A stretch of DNA of 64,000 bases from Leptonemataceae bacterium (GCA_965227295.1 OZ245742.1:4416001-4480000); one strand, 5' to 3'. Counted from the first letter of the stretch, positions 28,838 through 39,049 are shown. A program made the numbers and translations. Notes: generated by a model from the sequence alone, not told the origin.

Positions 28838-31438
28838 TTATCCCGCTTCCACTTCTTCTTTCAACGCCAGTTGCGCCACGGCGAGCAGTGCGATGGGCAC
28901 GCTGTAGGAACTGCACGAGACATACTGCAAACCGGCGGCCCGGCAGAACTCGATGTTCTCCGGATCGGCGCCGTGCTCGCCGCACAGACCGAGCTTAATG
29001 TCCGGCCGCGTGAGCCGACCGCGGATGCTGCTGATCTTGATGAGTTCTTTCACCGGCACGCCGAGGACCTGGAAGGGATTCGCCGCCAGGAGGTCGTACT
29101 CCGTGTAGGCCGGGAAGAACGAGTTCGAATCGTCGCGGCTGAGGCCGTTGGTGGTCTGGGTAAGATCGTTCGTGCCGTAACTGAAAAACTCGGCGTAGCG
29201 CGCCAGCTCGTCCGAAAGCAGGGCCGCCGCAGGCAGCTCCACCATGGTGCCGATCTTGTACTCGACCGAGGTGCCTTCTTTTTCGAAGACGTCCGCCGCG
29301 ATCTCCGCCGCGCCGCGAACATGCTTGCCCTCGATCTTCTTGCCGTTGCGGATCATGTTCAACTCGGACGGATTCATGATCAGCGGGATCATGATTTCGG
29401 GCACGACGTTGTCGTTGCCTTCTTTCTTGAGCTTGCACGCCGCTTCCAGGATGGCGCGGATCTGCATTTCGTAGATTTCCGGATACGTGATGGCCACGCG
29501 GCAACCGCGGTGACCGAGCATGGGATTGAACTCGTGCAGGCGATCCACCTGGGCGTCGATCTCGGTGGTGTCCGGCGTAATGCCTTTGCCTTTCAGATAC
29601 TCAAGATAGTCGTTCATGACCGACTCGGTGCGCGGCAGGAACTCGTGGAGCGGCGCGTCCAGGAGACGGATGGTCACCGGATGCGGGGCCATGGTGCTGA
29701 AAAGATCGTAGAAGTCCTGGCGCTGCAGCGGCTGCAGATCGTCCAGACACTTGATGCGCGTCTCGGTGTCTTTCGCCAGGATCATTTCGCGGAAACGATT
29801 GATGCGGTCGTCGGCAAAAAACATGTGCTCCGTGCGGCACAGGCCGATGCCGTAAGCGCCCATGGTCTTCGCCACTTTGGCGTCGCGCCCCAGGTCGGCG
29901 TTGGCACGGACCACGAAGTCCGGCTTAATGAACTTCTTGATGACCTCGATGAAGTCGGTCAGCCCGTTCGTGTGGATGTCGGGGTTGATCAGCTCCGCTT
30001 TACCGAGAAAGATCGTCGGCTCCTTGTAGACCGGCACATCGAGAGTTACGTAGTCGCCTTCTTTCACGGTGACGCCGTTGAGCTCGAACTGTTTGTCGCC
30101 GTACTTGATGTCCGTGTTCACCACGCTCACCTTACCCATCGAACGCGCGACCACCGGAGCGTGGGAACTGTATCCGCCTTCCACGGAGATGACGCCCTGC
30201 CCGACCTCGATGGCCTTCACGTCTTCGGCATACGAAGCCTCGACACAGAGGACGAGCCGCGTGTCCTCGCCTTTCTGCAACGCGTCCCGATGGGCTTCCA
30301 TGAGCGCGTCCGCCGAAAAGTAGACGCGCCCCACGGCAGCACCGGGAGAACCCGCAAGACCGCCGCTCACGGACGGAATGGACGTGACCGATTCCGGATC
30401 CACGATGGGGTGCAGCAACGTTGCCAGTTGTCCCGGCGGGATCTGCTCAACGAGCCATTTGTCTTCGACGACGTTTTCTTTCATGAGATCCAGGAGCGTA
30501 CGGATGTGCGCCTGGGTGGACTTCTTGTCCTCGGCGGTCTGGTTGATGATCCAGATGTTGCCCTGCTCGACGATGAACTTCACCTCGCGCAGTTCGCGGA
30601 ACTTGTGCTCCAGCTTGCGGCCGATTTCGTTCATCTCTTTCAGGTAGGTCTCGTCCATGCCGTGAATGTCTTCGCCCTTGTTTTCCAGGGTGTAGGCCTT
30701 GCGCACGAAACTGCCCTGTAACTTAGCGTCGCCGGTGATGATGTTCCGCGTGAAGAACATGCCCACCATATCGTTCTCGCTGAGGTTGCCAAAGACCATG
30801 CCCTGCACCATGACGGAGAGGTTGTCGTCTTCGTCCAGTTCCGGGTCGTAATAACGTTTCGCCGCATGTTTGATGACGGCTTCCAGTTGCGCCATGGGAT
30901 CGTCCGGGATCCTGTCCGGGCCGATGAGCGCCTGCATTTCGTCGGCGCACTTCTGCATGTCCTCGGCAGTGCGTTCGTACTTCTTTTCGATCTCGTCGAA
31001 CTTCCCGGGCTCGATGTCGAAGAGTTTGATGCCGGCGGTACGCAAGAGGTAGCAGTACTCGAACCAGGCCGAGGCCTCCCCGATCATCTTCGCGAAGCCG
31101 GGAATGGTGACCGGAGACAGTCCGACGTTGAACACGGTCGGATAGATGGGCAGCACCAGGTTCGCGCTGCACACGACCTTCACGAGCAGCGGATTTTCCG
31201 AATCGCCGTATTTGCGGCCGATGCCTTTTTCGATGTGCGCCAGTCCCGGCGGAGCGATGCTCTTAACATCGAGGTTTTCGATCTTAGAAACAGTGCGGGA
31301 TTCGAATATGAAGCCGGGCACCACCGGCATCTTCAGTTCGGCAAGTTCCAGTGCTCGCTGCCCCCGTTTTCCGGATCGCTCCCAGACGTCCTGGTCCGAG
31401 GTGCAACCTTCCTGGCTGAACATATGAATTTGTGACAT
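28838..31438 (-). CDS. PPDK-family PEP-utilising protein with a degenerate nucleotide-binding domain
   Basis: His domain GGYSSHAPVVAR; PEP domain GLCRTEHMF, IRLLD, GTMVELP, FSYGTNDLTQ, LCGEHG; ATP-grasp motifs altered. Confidence 0.88.
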   Translation of the reverse strand: MSQIHMFSQEGCTSDQDVWERSGKRGQRALELAELKMPVVPGFIFESRTVSKIENLDVKSIAPPGLAHIEKGIGRKYGDSENPLLVKVVCSANLVLPIYPTVFNVGLSPVTIPGFAKMIGEASAWFEYCYLLRTAGIKLFDIEPGKFDEIEKKYERTAEDMQKCADEMQALIGPDRIPDDPMAQLEAVIKHAAKRYYDPELDEDDNLSVMVQGMVFGNLSENDMVGMFFTRNIITGDAKLQGSFVRKAYTLENKGEDIHGMDETYLKEMNEIGRKLEHKFRELREVKFIVEQGNIWIINQTAEDKKSTQAHIRTLLDLMKENVVEDKWLVEQIPPGQLATLLHPIVDPESVTSIPSVSGGLAGSPGAAVGRVYFSADALMEAHRDALQKGEDTRLVLCVEASYAEDVKAIEVGQGVISVEGGYSSHAPVVARSMGKVSVVNTDIKYGDKQFELNGVTVKEGDYVTLDVPVYKEPTIFLGKAELINPDIHTNGLTDFIEVIKKFIKPDFVVRANADLGRDAKVAKTMGAYGIGLCRTEHMFFADDRINRFREMILAKDTETRIKCLDDLQPLQRQDFYDLFSTMAPHPVTIRLLDAPLHEFLPRTESVMNDYLEYLKGKGITPDTTEIDAQVDRLHEFNPMLGHRGCRVAITYPEIYEMQIRAILEAACKLKKEGNDNVVPEIMIPLIMNPSELNMIRNGKKIEGKHVRGAAEIAADVFEKEGTSVEYKIGTMVELPAAALLSDELARYAEFFSYGTNDLTQTTNGLSRDDSNSFFPAYTEYDLLAANPFQVLGVPVKELIKISSIRGRLTRPDIKLGLCGEHGADPENIEFCRAAGLQYVSCSSYSVPIALLAVAQLALKEEVEAG

Positions 31439-31575
31439 GAGTAATATGACTCCGCTGAGATTTGGATGAGCGCCGTCCGGCGCATGTTTGGTCTACGGCT
31501 GCGCGCAACGGCCTTCTGGAACCGGGAACGCACAGGCGAACTATTGAAACGCACACCCGAATTGTAAACGATTTA

Positions 31576-32655
31576 TTAGGCGTTCTTCTGGTCCGTCGGT
31601 GCCACGCCGGGTTCGTAAATGGAGACGTTGTTGCGCCCGCGGTGCTTGCAGATGTAGAGCGCGTCGTCGGCGAGTTTGACGAAGTCGTCCACCTCGTTGA
31701 TGTACTGCGAGTGCAGTGGATAACTGGACACGCCTATGGATATCGTAATGTGGGCGACCTGATCACCAATGGGGATGGGGCGAGACTCGATGTTCTTACG
31801 AATGAGTTCGCCGACTTCCATGCCGCGGTCCGGGCCGGAATCGGGGAGCAACACCACGAACTCTTCGCCTCCGTAGCGGCCGGCAATGTCGTCGCTCCCG
31901 AGCTTGTGTACGGTCTCTTTGATGACGTGAGCGAGTTCTACCAGGGCCTGGTCGCCGCCCTGGTGGCCGTAGGTATTGTTTACGTTGCGAAAGAGATCAA
32001 TATCCGACATAAGCAGCGAGACTGGCTGCCCCGAGCTTCTCGCGCGCCGGAATTCTTCTTCCAGACGGGCCTTGAAGTAATCTTTAATATAGAGACCGGT
32101 GGTACCGTCGACGGTGGCCATGGTATGCAGGCGCGCGTTCTCGATGGCGATCGCCGCCTGGTTCGCCATGGTCTGAAATATTTGCAGGTCGTCCTCGTTG
32201 AAGCGGCGGCCGTCGTTTTTGTTCAGGACCTGGACCGTGCCCAGGCTGCGACGTTTTGCCAGGAGCGGCACGCACATCATCGTTTTAGTAACGAACCCGC
32301 TCTCGGAGTCGGCGCGGCTCGAAAAACGCGGATCGGACGCGGCGTCGGTCACGAGGACCGGCTCGCCCTGCTTCGCCACCCACCCGGCAATGCCCTCGCC
32401 CAGCTTCAGACGGATGTTGCGGATGGCCTCGCTCTTCTCGCCTTTGATGACGTGGAAGTAAAGTTCCTCGGCTTCTTCGTCGACCAGCATGAGACTGGAA
32501 GCCTCGGCGTCGCAGAGTTCCTTCGCCTTTTCCATGAGCGAGTCGAGCACGACGTTAAGGTCGAGGCTCGACGACAGCAGCGCGTTGATTTCGAGAACCT
32601 TGTACAGGCGCTCGTTTTCGTGACGCAGGCGCTCAATGTCGGTCGAATCCGGCAT
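31576..32655 (-). CDS. GAF-GGDEF diguanylate cyclase
   Basis: GAF domain (GEGIAGWVA, DPRF, CVPL); DIDLF..VN..YGH..GD; RYGGEEF. Confidence 0.92.
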   Translation of the reverse strand: MPDSTDIERLRHENERLYKVLEINALLSSSLDLNVVLDSLMEKAKELCDAEASSLMLVDEEAEELYFHVIKGEKSEAIRNIRLKLGEGIAGWVAKQGEPVLVTDAASDPRFSSRADSESGFVTKTMMCVPLLAKRRSLGTVQVLNKNDGRRFNEDDLQIFQTMANQAAIAIENARLHTMATVDGTTGLYIKDYFKARLEEEFRRARSSGQPVSLLMSDIDLFRNVNNTYGHQGGDQALVELAHVIKETVHKLGSDDIAGRYGGEEFVVLLPDSGPDRGMEVGELIRKNIESRPIPIGDQVAHITISIGVSSYPLHSQYINEVDDFVKLADDALYICKHRGRNNVSIYEPGVAPTDQKNA

Positions 32656-32817
32656 GGCTTCAGGTATCCGCACCCGGCGCTCGGGGGCAACTGCTTTTCC
32701 GAACCATACTCCTGACGCAAACGGAAGAACCTGCACGCCCTGCACCGTAAGCAAAAAAATCGGATAAAACGGAAAACTCCTTTAAATTCCCGCTCCACAA
32801 CTCCGTAATTTAAGAAT

Positions 32818-33288
32818 ATGGGCACGTTTGATAAAATGGATAATTTCACGGCGGACAGCCTGCAGAGCTTTCTGGGCCAGCCGCCAAAGCAGGGCATCCT
32901 CGACCGCAATCCCGAGCCGCCGTTTTCCAGCCGCCTCGACTTTGAGGCTTCCAGCAAGCAGAACCCCGACGGACAGATTCCGCGCGCCCGCACCCAGCGC
33001 GCCGAGCGTATCTCCGAGGTCCTCCGCCAGGCCGGCACCCGTCCCGGTCGCCCCGACGCGCAGCCGGACGTCCATGCCCGCGCCGTTCCGCCGACGCCGC
33101 CCGTGCCCGAAGAAATTCCCGAATCAGCCCATCCCCGCGCCCACGACATGATCATCCGCAAGCATTTGTCGGAACTCGTACAACTGCTGATCAGCGAAGG
33201 CCGCTTCGACGATCTGGCACACATTCTGAAGGATCACCGCCGCTTCATCGACGAAATGCTGGCGCTGATTGAAAGAAACAGGCAGTAG
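32818..33288 (+). CDS. Hypothetical protein
   Basis: Fills the intergenic gap; ordered helical C-terminus. Confidence 0.6.
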   Translation: MGTFDKMDNFTADSLQSFLGQPPKQGILDRNPEPPFSSRLDFEASSKQNPDGQIPRARTQRAERISEVLRQAGTRPGRPDAQPDVHARAVPPTPPVPEEIPESAHPRAHDMIIRKHLSELVQLLISEGRFDDLAHILKDHRRFIDEMLALIERNRQ

Positions 33289-33298
33289 ACGTAGACGC

Positions 33299-35959
33299 CT
33301 ACAAACTCCGCTTTTCGATTTCGCGGTCTTTGAGTTCGAGAATCCTTTTCATGGCCGGGGTGACGGCCAGGCGGGCGAGGTTATCACGGAGTTCTTTCGC
33401 CTTCGTCAGGGATTCCGTGCTACCGGACTCCTCGTACTCCAGGAGATTCGTGGAGATTTGCCGGTCCAGGATGTTGATGCGCGCGAAGTCCTTGCGATAG
33501 TGCTGCCGGGCGATTTCCCAGATGTACTCTTTGGGCTCGACGCGAGCGCGACGTCCGTCGGGTAACTCCAGCTCATCGCCCGGGAAGACCCGATCCGGAT
33601 CACGCTTGCTGGCCGCCGTGCGCGTACCGAGTCGTGCAAAACCGTTGCGCCGCGCGAGAATGTTCGCATACGTGAGGACTTCTTCGTCCGCGGCCTCGAT
33701 GTCGTCCTCGCCGGGAACTCGTTGTTCTTCCTGAAAGTTACCCGGCCCGGCCAGTTCCACGGCCCGACGCTCGGCCGCGCTGTCTCCGCGAAGCGACAGC
33801 TCGTTCGTGAAGTCCGAGCTGGCCGATGACGTGGAGATCCAGAGCACGCCGACAACCAGGAGAACCGCAACGACACCGGCGACCGCCAGGGCCGCGGTCC
33901 GGCCGATGCCGGAGTCCGCCAGACGATCCATGATGCCGCCCCCGCCGCGATTGGCCGCCACGACGCGACCGGGATTGTCCCCCGGTAAAAACGACGGCCG
34001 CCCGGCCTTCGCCTTACGAAAGCCTTCGCCGCCGGATTTCGGTCGCGGTTCCCAGCTGCGGCGTTTGGACCAGTGATTGCCGGCGCTACTGCGATCTTCT
34101 TCTTCTTCGCGAGTGTTTACGATACCTATATCGTTGAGGAAACCCTGGAAACGTTTGCGATCTTCCAGGATACGCAGGCGCTCTTCGTAGATGCGCTCCA
34201 GAAATTCGATGCAGTTCCGGAAGCCGGGCGGATCCCCGGCCTTGTCGATGCCCTTTTCCCAGGTGCGGAGTTGCTTCGCGTACGCTTTGGGGTTCGCTTC
34301 CAGATCGGCGTAGGACGGCGGCATGCGAAGTTCCACCGGTTCGTGGTGGGCCTGGCCGACGAATTGCAGCGTCGTCCGCGGGGTAAACAGAATGTGAAAC
34401 TGAGCGTCCTGGGTCCTGAGTGCCAGCCATTCGCTGTAGCGAATGCTGCGCGGATGATAGCGCTTCTGCAGTTTTTCCAGCAGGCTGCGGTGATGTTCGG
34501 TGTATGCCTGGCGATAGACCGGCAGGTGCCGCACGTATTCAAAGAGCCGGCTGAGATTGTAGAGTTCGCGGATGTTTTCTTTCGGCAACGGACGTTCGAT
34601 AAAATCGTTCAGGGCGCGGCTTAAATTCCCTTCCGTAAGATCTAAGCCGAGGTGTAACATTAGAAAATCCCGCACGGTATCGGCCAGGGGCGTCTCCGCG
34701 AAGATGTTCATGACCGTCTCGGCCAGGGCCGCCGGTTCTTCGGCTTCGTGGAAGCGATACTCCGAACTGCGGACCAGGGGCGTGGCCCGCTCGCTCAGAC
34801 GAGCGTTTTGAAAACGTTTGTCGTCGAGATCGCCCTGCATCTGCAGGCAAAGTCGTCCCTGGGCGCCTTCCAGGTCCTGCTTCGAATGGACCACCTGAAA
34901 CTCCAGGTCGTGGGGCGGACGCAGAAAGTCGAAGCTGCGGTTCTGTTTGCCGCCGCCCAGGGGAAACAGGATCTGCACCATGCGATCGGCCTGGGGACCC
35001 ATGCGATACGTAAACACGCCGTGGGAGCCGGTCTTCGATACAAAGTAGCTGATCTGTTTTGCCAGGGGCAATGCGCTGCCGTCGCCGAACGTAAAGAGCT
35101 TTGCGGCGTTGTAGATTTTTTTGAGAACAGGAACGCGCTCTTCATACGCCGCGGCGATGTAGATGCCGGCGTTGCGTTTCTGATGGTTCATGCGACGCAG
35201 GAACTCGCCCAGCCCCGCGGAGAACGGCGTGTACGATACGGCCATCTCCACGCGTTCGTGATCGACTTCCTGTTCGAACAGCGCGTAGTGCGGGTCGATG
35301 CACGGATTCAGAAAAAGGCCGCGGCCGTCGAAGTTCCAGTAGATGCACGGACGGGTCGGCGTCGGCGAGTACTCCGGGCCGAAGTAGATGAAACCTTTGC
35401 CGTCCTCGCACTTCTTGTGCCGACGGCGCATGGCCCGGGCCATGAGATCGTACTCTTTGTCGATGTCGATGCGGCCGCGCATAGCCGCCTGATGATCGTA
35501 AACCTTCGAAGTGCCGACGTTTACGACGGCATTGCCGGTTTCAAAGAACGTCGTAGTGACGCGGTTCTTTTCGTGGGCCAGGCGTACGGGTTTGTACGGC
35601 ACCGCTTCCACCGGACGGTTGCCCTCCTCCAGTTCCCGCATGCCCGTGAAAGCGTAGATCTGCTGAACGCGATCCTTGCTGCCGACGTAGCGAATGCTTT
35701 CCTCGCCCTCGTCGATCGTCGCCTGGAGCCAGGCCGTTTCGAGGCCGATGTTGATGGGATCGTTTTCTACAAGCAGAACGTTTTCGATATGCCGGAGCAC
35801 GCCGCCGGGAACGGACTTGCCCGCACCGACGCGCATGAACGGCCGCATGTCCTCACTGTGGAGGCCGGTGTAGATCACGCTCGTATCGCGGTCGATCTGA
35901 AAAACGCGGTCACTGCCGCGCAGTTCTGCGATTACCTGTTGCTTTTTATTCGCCGCCAT
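33299..35959 (-). CDS. Large membrane-anchored hypothetical protein with C-terminal LysM-like motifs
   Basis: Single TM segment (AALAVAGVVAVLLVVGVLWI); DPDRVFPGDELELP and VEPKEYIWEIARQHY resemble LysM halves. Confidence 0.75.
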   Translation of the reverse strand: MAANKKQQVIAELRGSDRVFQIDRDTSVIYTGLHSEDMRPFMRVGAGKSVPGGVLRHIENVLLVENDPINIGLETAWLQATIDEGEESIRYVGSKDRVQQIYAFTGMRELEEGNRPVEAVPYKPVRLAHEKNRVTTTFFETGNAVVNVGTSKVYDHQAAMRGRIDIDKEYDLMARAMRRRHKKCEDGKGFIYFGPEYSPTPTRPCIYWNFDGRGLFLNPCIDPHYALFEQEVDHERVEMAVSYTPFSAGLGEFLRRMNHQKRNAGIYIAAAYEERVPVLKKIYNAAKLFTFGDGSALPLAKQISYFVSKTGSHGVFTYRMGPQADRMVQILFPLGGGKQNRSFDFLRPPHDLEFQVVHSKQDLEGAQGRLCLQMQGDLDDKRFQNARLSERATPLVRSSEYRFHEAEEPAALAETVMNIFAETPLADTVRDFLMLHLGLDLTEGNLSRALNDFIERPLPKENIRELYNLSRLFEYVRHLPVYRQAYTEHHRSLLEKLQKRYHPRSIRYSEWLALRTQDAQFHILFTPRTTLQFVGQAHHEPVELRMPPSYADLEANPKAYAKQLRTWEKGIDKAGDPPGFRNCIEFLERIYEERLRILEDRKRFQGFLNDIGIVNTREEEEDRSSAGNHWSKRRSWEPRPKSGGEGFRKAKAGRPSFLPGDNPGRVVAANRGGGGIMDRLADSGIGRTAALAVAGVVAVLLVVGVLWISTSSASSDFTNELSLRGDSAAERRAVELAGPGNFQEEQRVPGEDDIEAADEEVLTYANILARRNGFARLGTRTAASKRDPDRVFPGDELELPDGRRARVEPKEYIWEIARQHYRKDFARINILDRQISTNLLEYEESGSTESLTKAKELRDNLARLAVTPAMKRILELKDREIEKRSL

Positions 35960-37208
35960 CGTTGTACTCGAAGATGTAATTGCCTAACCGGAACGAATCA
36001 CCGCGGGAAATGAGCCCGTCTTCTTTTTGTTTGATGTACTTGAAGTGGGCCTCGTCCCTGCCCGCGGGCTTCAGAATCGACTCACCCTTCACTTTCTTCG
36101 CCTTGAGGTCCACGTTCTTCGGGAGTCCCATCTGACGAATTTTCAAATCCGCACCCAGCTTGCTGCCGATGGACATCTTGCTCTTGTCCAGCTTGTCCAA
36201 ATCGAAGGAAGACTTCACCGGCTGGCCGACGTCGGCTTCATAGTAAGTGAAAGCGCCGGCCACCTTGTGACGATTCATAAACCAGCGGATGAGTATGATC
36301 AGGACACCGAGGATGAACAAGACCAACAGGACGTTCCGAATGATCGGAGCCCAGGCCCCGTAGCGCGTCTTCCACTGGACCTCGTCGACATCCTCGCTGA
36401 CCTCGGTGAGGCCGATTTCGTCGGCGGCCGCGGCTGACTCGTCTTGCGCTTCGCCGTCGTCGGCCGTGGCAGCGGCAGCGGAATCGTCCGCGGTCTCAGC
36501 TTCAGTCGCGGCAGCGTCGCCGCTCTCTGAATCGCTGGCCGGGGCCGCTTGTTTCGGTTCCGCCGATTTCTTTTTGGCCGGCTCCACGGTCTTCACTTCC
36601 GGCGAGAGTTCCTCGAGTTTCGCTTCGAGGGCCGGGTCCTTGAGTTTACCCAGGCTCACGTAGTAGATGTATGCGTTTTGCACCGGTCGGTCCCGGGTTT
36701 CGGACGGGTCTTTCAGGTCTTCGATGTTAAGTTTTTGGTCCTTTAACTCAGCCGGCGGATCGTCGCGACCGTCGGACATGATTACCACAAAGACGTTGCG
36801 GTCCTGGCTTTCCAGGCGCTCCACTTCTTCGCGGACGGACCCGACCATGCCTTTCATGAACGTATGCCGGCCCTTCGCGGCCAGGGTCTCCACGGCGCTT
36901 ACGACCCGGGCTCGATCCTCGTCGCCGTTGATTTTGTAGGAGCCGACCCGGTAGGTCTCCGTATCGAAGTTCATGAGCGTGATGGTGTCGCCGTCGTCCA
37001 CGGAACGCAGGAAGGCATCCATGCTCTGCTTGACCTTGTCGATTTTGCTCGCGTCGCCTCCCGGTCGATAGGCCATGGAACCGGAGGTATCGATCACGAG
37101 AACATAATCTTTACCGCCGCCGAAAAGGCCGCAGCCCGTCGCGAACGAGAGCGCCAGGGCGGCGCTCAGCAGGAGTCGCGAAAAATTCTTAAGTGCAATG
37201 ATTCTCAT
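35946..37208 (-). CDS. vWA-domain lipoprotein with a C-terminal TM helix and FHA-like tail
   Basis: Lipobox FATGC; MIDAS DTSGS..T..SDG; TM helix; IGSKLGADLKI..ISRGDSFRLGNY. Confidence 0.8.
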   Translation of the reverse strand: MRIIALKNFSRLLLSAALALSFATGCGLFGGGKDYVLVIDTSGSMAYRPGGDASKIDKVKQSMDAFLRSVDDGDTITLMNFDTETYRVGSYKINGDEDRARVVSAVETLAAKGRHTFMKGMVGSVREEVERLESQDRNVFVVIMSDGRDDPPAELKDQKLNIEDLKDPSETRDRPVQNAYIYYVSLGKLKDPALEAKLEELSPEVKTVEPAKKKSAEPKQAAPASDSESGDAAATEAETADDSAAAATADDGEAQDESAAAADEIGLTEVSEDVDEVQWKTRYGAWAPIIRNVLLVLFILGVLIILIRWFMNRHKVAGAFTYYEADVGQPVKSSFDLDKLDKSKMSIGSKLGADLKIRQMGLPKNVDLKAKKVKGESILKPAGRDEAHFKYIKQKEDGLISRGDSFRLGNYIFEYNDGGE

Positions 37209-37313
37209 AGGAATGCTCGGTACCGTTTTCGAATTCAGGCCAAACTCACGAGACCACAAAAGAACGATGCGACGTAATGCAGCGAAGGAGACCAGGGCCG
37301 ACGACCGACCTGG

Positions 37314-38033
37314 TCAATACTCGTTGTATTCCTTGTTGTTCTTAATGTAGTCGCGTAAGTTTAAATTCAAAGCGCCGTCGCGGTCAAGATATTCCATGAG
37401 TAAAATGTAGAACCACATCATGGTATCCGGGCCGGTTTCCACGACCTTATACCCGCCGGCGATTTCCCAGTCCTTGATGATCAGGCCCTGGCCGAGAACG
37501 CAAATCAAGTCCGTCTCCATGTTGACCGGGATTTCTTTTTCCTGAGAGATTTCGATCAGGTTCTGCTTGTGAAAGAGGAGCGAATGCTCCGAATCGTAGG
37601 CGAAGAGCAGCGAGTACATCGGAACGACATCCAGTTCGCTGACTTCGCGCTCACCGGAGTGCAGGACCTTAAGCGCCCGGGTGAGGCTCGCGTGGGTGGC
37701 CAGGTTCGCCGCGGTCAGTCCGGCTTCGATCGTAATGAACGCGTTCAACGCGTCCGCGAGGACATAACCGCCTGTAAGGTCCAGGAACTTCGCGCACCAC
37801 TTGCGATAGATCAACACGTCGCAGTCGCGATTCAGCAGGTGCTTTTTGTTTCGCACCTTGCCCGTGGCCAGCGAGATTTCCGGCGGCAGGTGATCCTTCA
37901 GGAAGGTATAGAACTCCTGAAAAAGGTTCAGGTCTTTCTTTTTCTCGGGGAGTTTGACTCCCCGTTTCCCCAGCTTTTTAGCCAGGGCCTTTTCCAGGTC
38001 GGTGCTTTGGTTGGCGAAGTACTCCGAGAACAT
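37314..38033 (-). CDS. Hypothetical protein, possibly DUF6602-like
   Basis: FLKDHLP..GKV..DCDVLIY pattern. Confidence 0.65.
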   Translation of the reverse strand: MFSEYFANQSTDLEKALAKKLGKRGVKLPEKKKDLNLFQEFYTFLKDHLPPEISLATGKVRNKKHLLNRDCDVLIYRKWCAKFLDLTGGYVLADALNAFITIEAGLTAANLATHASLTRALKVLHSGEREVSELDVVPMYSLLFAYDSEHSLLFHKQNLIEISQEKEIPVNMETDLICVLGQGLIIKDWEIAGGYKVVETGPDTMMWFYILLMEYLDRDGALNLNLRDYIKNNKEYNEY

Positions 38034-38068
38034 TCTATTTTATGATCGGCGACTTTTCCCCTCGAACG

Positions 38069-39049
38069 TCAGAAAAGATTCAGGACTTTGTTTACGTCGT
38101 GCTTCAGAAAGCTCTCGAAGCGCGAGGAAGCGCCCTCGTGCAGGTATTTCTGTAGCTTGCTGACGCCCTTGATCTCCACGCCGGCCACCTGGAAGAAGAT
38201 GAGACCGCCGTGTTTCACCTTACCCCACTTAAACAGGGTGTTCAGGTCCTGAATGAGTTCGCCCTCGTGGTAGACGATGACCTGTGAAGTATTGTAGCGG
38301 GTCTCGTAGGACTCAATGATGTTCTTCCAGGCCTCCACGTTGCCGTTGTGGAAGAGTTCGTTGGTCACCTGCACCGAGTACTTCGGCGTCATGCGCTTCT
38401 TGCCGGCCGGCGCGGCCTGCTGGGCCGGACGCGCCGCGGGCTGCGGAGCGGCGGGCTTCGGGGCCGGCGCGGGAGCCGACTGCTGGCGCGGCGGCGGAGG
38501 GGGCGGCGGAGGCGGAGCCGCACGTTCGAACTCCGGATCGCTTTCCGGCGTCTTGCCGTCGAGCATGGCGAAGAAAGCCTCAAGGGCCTTTTCGGCCGTT
38601 TCCCGTTTGTTGTTCTTCGCCCGGGCATAGACGATCATGAGTTCGTTGACCTTCACGCCGTGCAGCGAGTCCCAGTGTTCCTGCTTCGCGGGATTTACCA
38701 GGTTCACGCCGGTGGTCGGGTGATAGTAAACCACGACCAGGTCGATACCGTTCCACTTCTTAAATTGCTCGGCGATCTTGCCGAGCGCCGCGTCGTCGAC
38801 GCTGGCCTTCAGGTTGGTGGAACGATACGGAAGATCGAGTTTGTTGATGAGGATGACGCTGAGGATCGGCGGGATCTGTTCGCGCTGGATGACGTTGTTC
38901 TCCAGCAGGTCGTTCAGCAGATCGGCGAGGTTTCCGCCTTTGCTTGCGGCTTCCACCAGGTTTGTAACGTTCACAATGTGACGCAACGTCTGGTTGAACG
39001 CCTCGCGGGTTCCGAGATTCGAAAGTTCTTTTCCGGTGCTGACTGCCAT
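38069..39049 (-). CDS. CfpA-adjacent protein: N-terminal domain, Pro/Ala linker, C-terminal HPr-like domain (inferred)
   Basis: RBS GAGGAG; residues 220-308 align by eye with HPr, including His234. Confidence 0.8.
   Translation of the reverse strand: MAVSTGKELSNLGTREAFNQTLRHIVNVTNLVEAASKGGNLADLLNDLLENNVIQREQIPPILSVILINKLDLPYRSTNLKASVDDAALGKIAEQFKKWNGIDLVVVYYHPTTGVNLVNPAKQEHWDSLHGVKVNELMIVYARAKNNKRETAEKALEAFFAMLDGKTPESDPEFERAAPPPPPPPPPRQQSAPAPAPKPAAPQPAARPAQQAAPAGKKRMTPKYSVQVTNELFHNGNVEAWKNIIESYETRYNTSQVIVYHEGELIQDLNTLFKWGKVKHGGLIFFQVAGVEIKGVSKLQKYLHEGASSRFESFLKHDVNKVLNLF

Noticed and set aside
28871..30721. Long antisense ORFs (also 6291-7667, 23245-24150, 31462-32715, 34748-36013, 55257-56414)
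   Set aside because: Shadow frames of well-supported genes in high-GC DNA, with no recognisable motifs
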